41,713 nucleotides of DNA. Source: Chiloscyllium plagiosum (taxonomy: Eukaryota). A program made the position numbers and the translations under genes. This document shows positions 37,520 to 41,713 of the stretch, piece after piece (position 1 is the stretch's first letter; the number at the start of each line of letters is the position of its first letter). Below the pieces are notes generated by a model, which did no database searches, had not been told where the DNA came from, and saw nothing but the letters and a program-made list of their open reading frames with translations. The stretch is taken from contig NC_057728.1 of assembly GCF_004010195.1 (NCBI RefSeq), positions 51,233,464 through 51,275,176 on the forward strand, read 5' to 3'.

Positions 37520-37860
37520 TGAGTGGGCAACGCTGAAGGAGTACTGCACTGTTGGAGGTACTTTCTTTCCAGATGACACCTTAAACCGAGAACCCGTCTG
37601 CTCATTCAGGTGAACGTAAAAGATTATGATCCACCTGATTATTTTGAAATGTAGGCATGTTTGCCCTGATATCCAATATATAACCTTTAATCAACATCAC
37701 ATCCAGGTAACCCTGTTATTATCAGGCAGCTGCATGTGGGACCTTGCTATGCACAAATGTGCTGTTGCATTTTCCACATGACAGTGCCGACTAAACTTCA
37801 AAAGTACTTCACTTGCTGTAAATCCAATGACTCCTGGTGGACAGGAAAAGGTGCTATACA
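37520..37860 (+). mobile_element. Deu-domain SINE remnant
   Basis: GAAGGAGTACTGCACTGTTGGAGGT...TTAAACCGAG...CAGGTGAACGTAAAAGAT resembles the recalled Deu core; tail GGTGCTATACAAA. Confidence 0.6.
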
Positions 37861-37875
37861 AACGTTTAAGACTCA

Positions 37876-38067
<192 letters not shown>

Positions 38068-38349
38068 TTAAGCGACTTATAAGATGCTCCATGCTATCTG
38101 TAGTTAAACATATCTGAGATAACTGGTACATTACTTTTAAAATTCCTACCCAAAAGTGAAAGGTACTTCTAAAATACATGCCAGCAGCCAAATTGGACAC
38201 AACAGCAATATTTACAATAATGTGATCCAGATCATGGATCCTTCCCAGGAAATAACCCGCAGAAATAATTTTATTTGCATTATGACAATAATTACACATG
38301 AACATTGTAAATGTGGCTAATTCGTGACATTAACCTGACATTGGGAAGA

Positions 38350-38622
38350 CACATTTTTAAGGTGAGAGGAAAGAGATTTTAAAAAGACATGGAGGGCAAT
38401 TTTTTTTCTTTTACACAGAGGGTAGTTAGTGTGTGGAATGAACTTCCTGAGGAAGTGGTGGATGTGGGCACAACTACAATGTTTAAGAGAGAATTGGGTA
38501 AGTACATGAAGAGGAAAGGTTTGGAGAGATATAGAGCAGGCAGGTGGGACTAGTTTAGTTTGGGATTATGTCCGGCATGGACAGATTGGACCAAAGGGTC
38601 TGTTTCCATGCTGTATGATTCT
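38350..38622 (+). mobile_element. CR1 3' end fragment
   Basis: Homologous to 17330-17600. Confidence 0.8.
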
Positions 38623-38734
38623 GTTTGAGGGATGTTAAATGAATGCTGGAGGAAAATGGCACAGAATTGTCAGCCATTTATATTTCTCAAGCAATTTAAC
38701 AAATGAGAAGGGATTTCTATTCTGAAATGCTTCA

Positions 38735-38962
<228 letters not shown>

Positions 38963-39544
38963 TCAATCACAAGTAGTACAAGAGGGGCATCATGTCTGTC
39001 TTGTTGAGCTCAGAGATCATCTGTTCAAATCTCACCACAGTGAGCCATGACATTCCATGCAAATATTCCAGGAATGTGCAAATAGGTTATAGACAGGCAG
39101 CAATGCCCATAAAATCCCAGTGTATCTGACCTGCATGTGATTCTCACAGACCTCAATAGAGTGGGCAATAATTACAATCTTCAAGCAAGGATTCCATTGG
39201 AGGGAATAGCTGTTCTTTCTCCTTCCATTCTTTTCTGTTGTCTCTCTCAGCTTTGTTACTGTTCCTCCTTTAATGCGTTCTCCCCTTTTCTCTCTCTTTC
39301 TCCTGTGGGCTGCTTTTCCTGACTTTCCCCTGTCCTCATTTTTAAACACACCTCCAGGGAAGGTGGGACTTGAACCTGGGGCTTCTGGTCCAGAGGTAGG
39401 GATGTTACCACTGTGCCAGTATAGCCCTCCCGTCTGTAGATTCAGTTTAACAACCTTCCCCCGATCTCTCAACCCTGTTCACTTCCCTGACCAACAGCCA
39501 ATGAAGAGCAGGGGCTAAGAAAGGCTGGGAGAATGCGAAAGGAC

Positions 39545-39800
39545 AGAGTCATAGAGCTGTATCATTCAGTCCAACTTGTCCATGATGATCAGATATCTTA
39601 AATTGATCTAGTTCTGTTTGCCAGCATTTAGCCCATATCCCACTAAATCTTTCCTATTCATATACCTATCCAGATGCCTTTTATATGCAAGCCTCCACCA
39701 TTTCCTCTGGCAGCTCATTCCAGACACACACCATCCTCTGTGTGAAAAAGTTGCCCCTTAGCTCCCTTTTAAATCTTTCCCCTCTCACCCTAAACCCATG
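39545..39800 (-). mobile_element. CR1 3' end fragment
   Basis: Homologous to 6600-6890. Confidence 0.8.
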
Positions 39801-39918
39801 TAAACCAAGCCCCCTGCAGTAAAACAGGAGACTGTAAGGGGAGGAGTTAGGGAGATTCAACACTCTCCCTCCCACCCCCATTAACCTCTCAGTGCTGTTT
39901 TTTGAGTGCCCCCTGTCA

Positions 39919-40116
<198 letters not shown>

Positions 40117-40191
40117 TTAATGCTCCAAACTTCACTCAAACGTATCACCCATACATTCTGACTGAGTTCAAAACTAATGGTGACATACAAC

Positions 40192-40540
40192 AGAGTCATG
40201 CAACATGGAAACAGACCCTTCAGTCCAACTAGCACACACCGACCATGTTCCCATGACCCCACCTACATGCACTTGGCCCCTATCCCTCCAAACTTTTCCT
40301 GTTAATGTACTTATCCAAATGTCTTTTAAACATTGGAACTGTACCCATATCCACCACTTCCTCTGGTAGTTCATTCCACACATGAAGGACTCTGTGCATA
40401 AAAAGGTTGCCCTTGTGCCCTTTATAAATCTTTCTCCTCTCACCTGAAAGTATGCCCCCTATCTTTGAAGTCTTCCACCCTAGGGAAAAAAGACCCTCAT
40501 CATTCACCTTAGCTGCCCCTCGTGATTTTATAAACCTCAA
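40192..40540 (-). mobile_element. CR1 3' end fragment
   Basis: Homologous to 6600-6970. Confidence 0.8.
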
Positions 40541-41633
40541 TCATCTGGATCATCCCGCAGCTCAAGTTCAATAAAGAACCTTTCAAGTTTACTCAGCTGC
40601 ACATACAAAAATCCAACAAACTGAGAACAGGCCTGTTAACCAGCTCTTGGTTTTGAGAGAAATGGCAGGCACAAGAGAAGGGGAGTGTTCTGCTCTCCTT
40701 CAAACAGCCTCATGGGTTTCAGACAGTGAGCTGGCATCTGCTTCACATCTCACCAGAAAGATGGCACCTCTGGCACTGTAGCACCCCTCAGTACCATACT
40801 GACACTGTTGCTTCGGTGGCCTACTCCAGTCTCTCACTTTTAGAAAAGAAATCATTCATGGAATGTGGGCAAATCACCCCACTGCCCATCCCTAACTGGA
40901 TATTAAAAGTCAACCCCACTGTTGCAGGTCTGGAGTCACATGTAGACCAGGCATGGAAAAGGTCGGCAGATTTCCTTCCCTAAGGAACATGAGGTTTTAA
41001 AATGACAATTGATAATGGCTACATGGTCATCATTAGTTCAGTGTTTAATTAAAGTCAATTTTCACCATCTGCTATAATCGGATTCAAACCCTTGTCCCCT
41101 GAATGATTGTTAGTCTAGTGCCATTAACACAACGTCACCATCTTCCAAATTAAGACTATGTCACCCTCTCCCCCCTGGACTGACAGGGCTCTGAGTTGGA
41201 GCAGCAAAAGTGTTCCACCAAGCTCACAGAAGGCAGAAAGGGCTAATAAACTCAGTATGCCATTTTGTTTATTTGTCAGGGTGGATTTTCTATCTTCAGG
41301 AATCCGATCACTTTCAAATTCGTTGGCACTTCAAAAGCTGGGTGAAAATTTAACTTCACGTTGCAGTAGCTGACACAATCTAAATTAAAATGACGATGCT
41401 ACCATTCAGAAAGATGTTCCCAACCAAGAATTAATCTTAATTTCTAGCTGTGCCTAACTTTAAATGGCTGAGAGAGATCAGGATGAACCTGACAAGAATG
41501 AGGAAGTTGAGTTCATGTCAAAAAGAAAAGTGCAACAGCGTTGTGTCCAACCCACCCAGAGATATTCTGGGCTTGTTAAGAGTACATTAGATTAATCTTA
41601 ATGATGACAGACCAGGAGGGTGGAGTAGATTTG

Positions 41634-41713
41634 AGAGAGAGAGACAGACAGACAGAGAGACAGACAGAGAGAGAGAGAGAAACAGAGAGACAGAGAGAGA
41701 GACAGAGAGAGAG
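41634..41713. repeat. (GA)n/(GACA)n microsatellite
   Basis: Directly visible. Confidence 0.95.

Noticed and set aside
41160..41400. Alternative first exon upstream of exon 39944-40096
   Set aside because: Only a possible donor at about 41163; I saw no convincing open frame or homology

Overview
Vertebrate genomic DNA. The HE1-type SINEs, CR1 LINEs and 33-bp minisatellite suggest a cartilaginous fish (shark); this is an inference. The minus strand carries 14 coding exons of ABTB3/BTBD11 (40096 down to the stop at 10819). All have GT-AG boundaries and join into one uninterrupted 1837-nt frame covering ankyrin repeats, a BTB domain and the C-terminus ...SIHLSTSKGSIV*; the gene's 5' exons lie outside the window. 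Further downstream on the same strand are the CpG-rich promoter and first coding exon of PWP1 (404-339), the BTBD11-then-PWP1 order I recall from human. Most other sequence is decayed transposable element: CR1-type LINEs, tRNA-head and Deu-domain SINEs, one decayed Penelope-like element (RT + GIY-YIG) and a Tigger-like MITE. The most unusual signal is a set of short palindromic insertions, most with target-site duplications, built from Penelope pseudo-LTRs that carry minimal hammerhead-ribozyme cores on both strands, in three sequence families. Also notable are a rearranged block at 20.2-22.9 kb and a minisatellite that appears to derive from the Deu-SINE core. Homology calls are from memory of the families, not from database searches.
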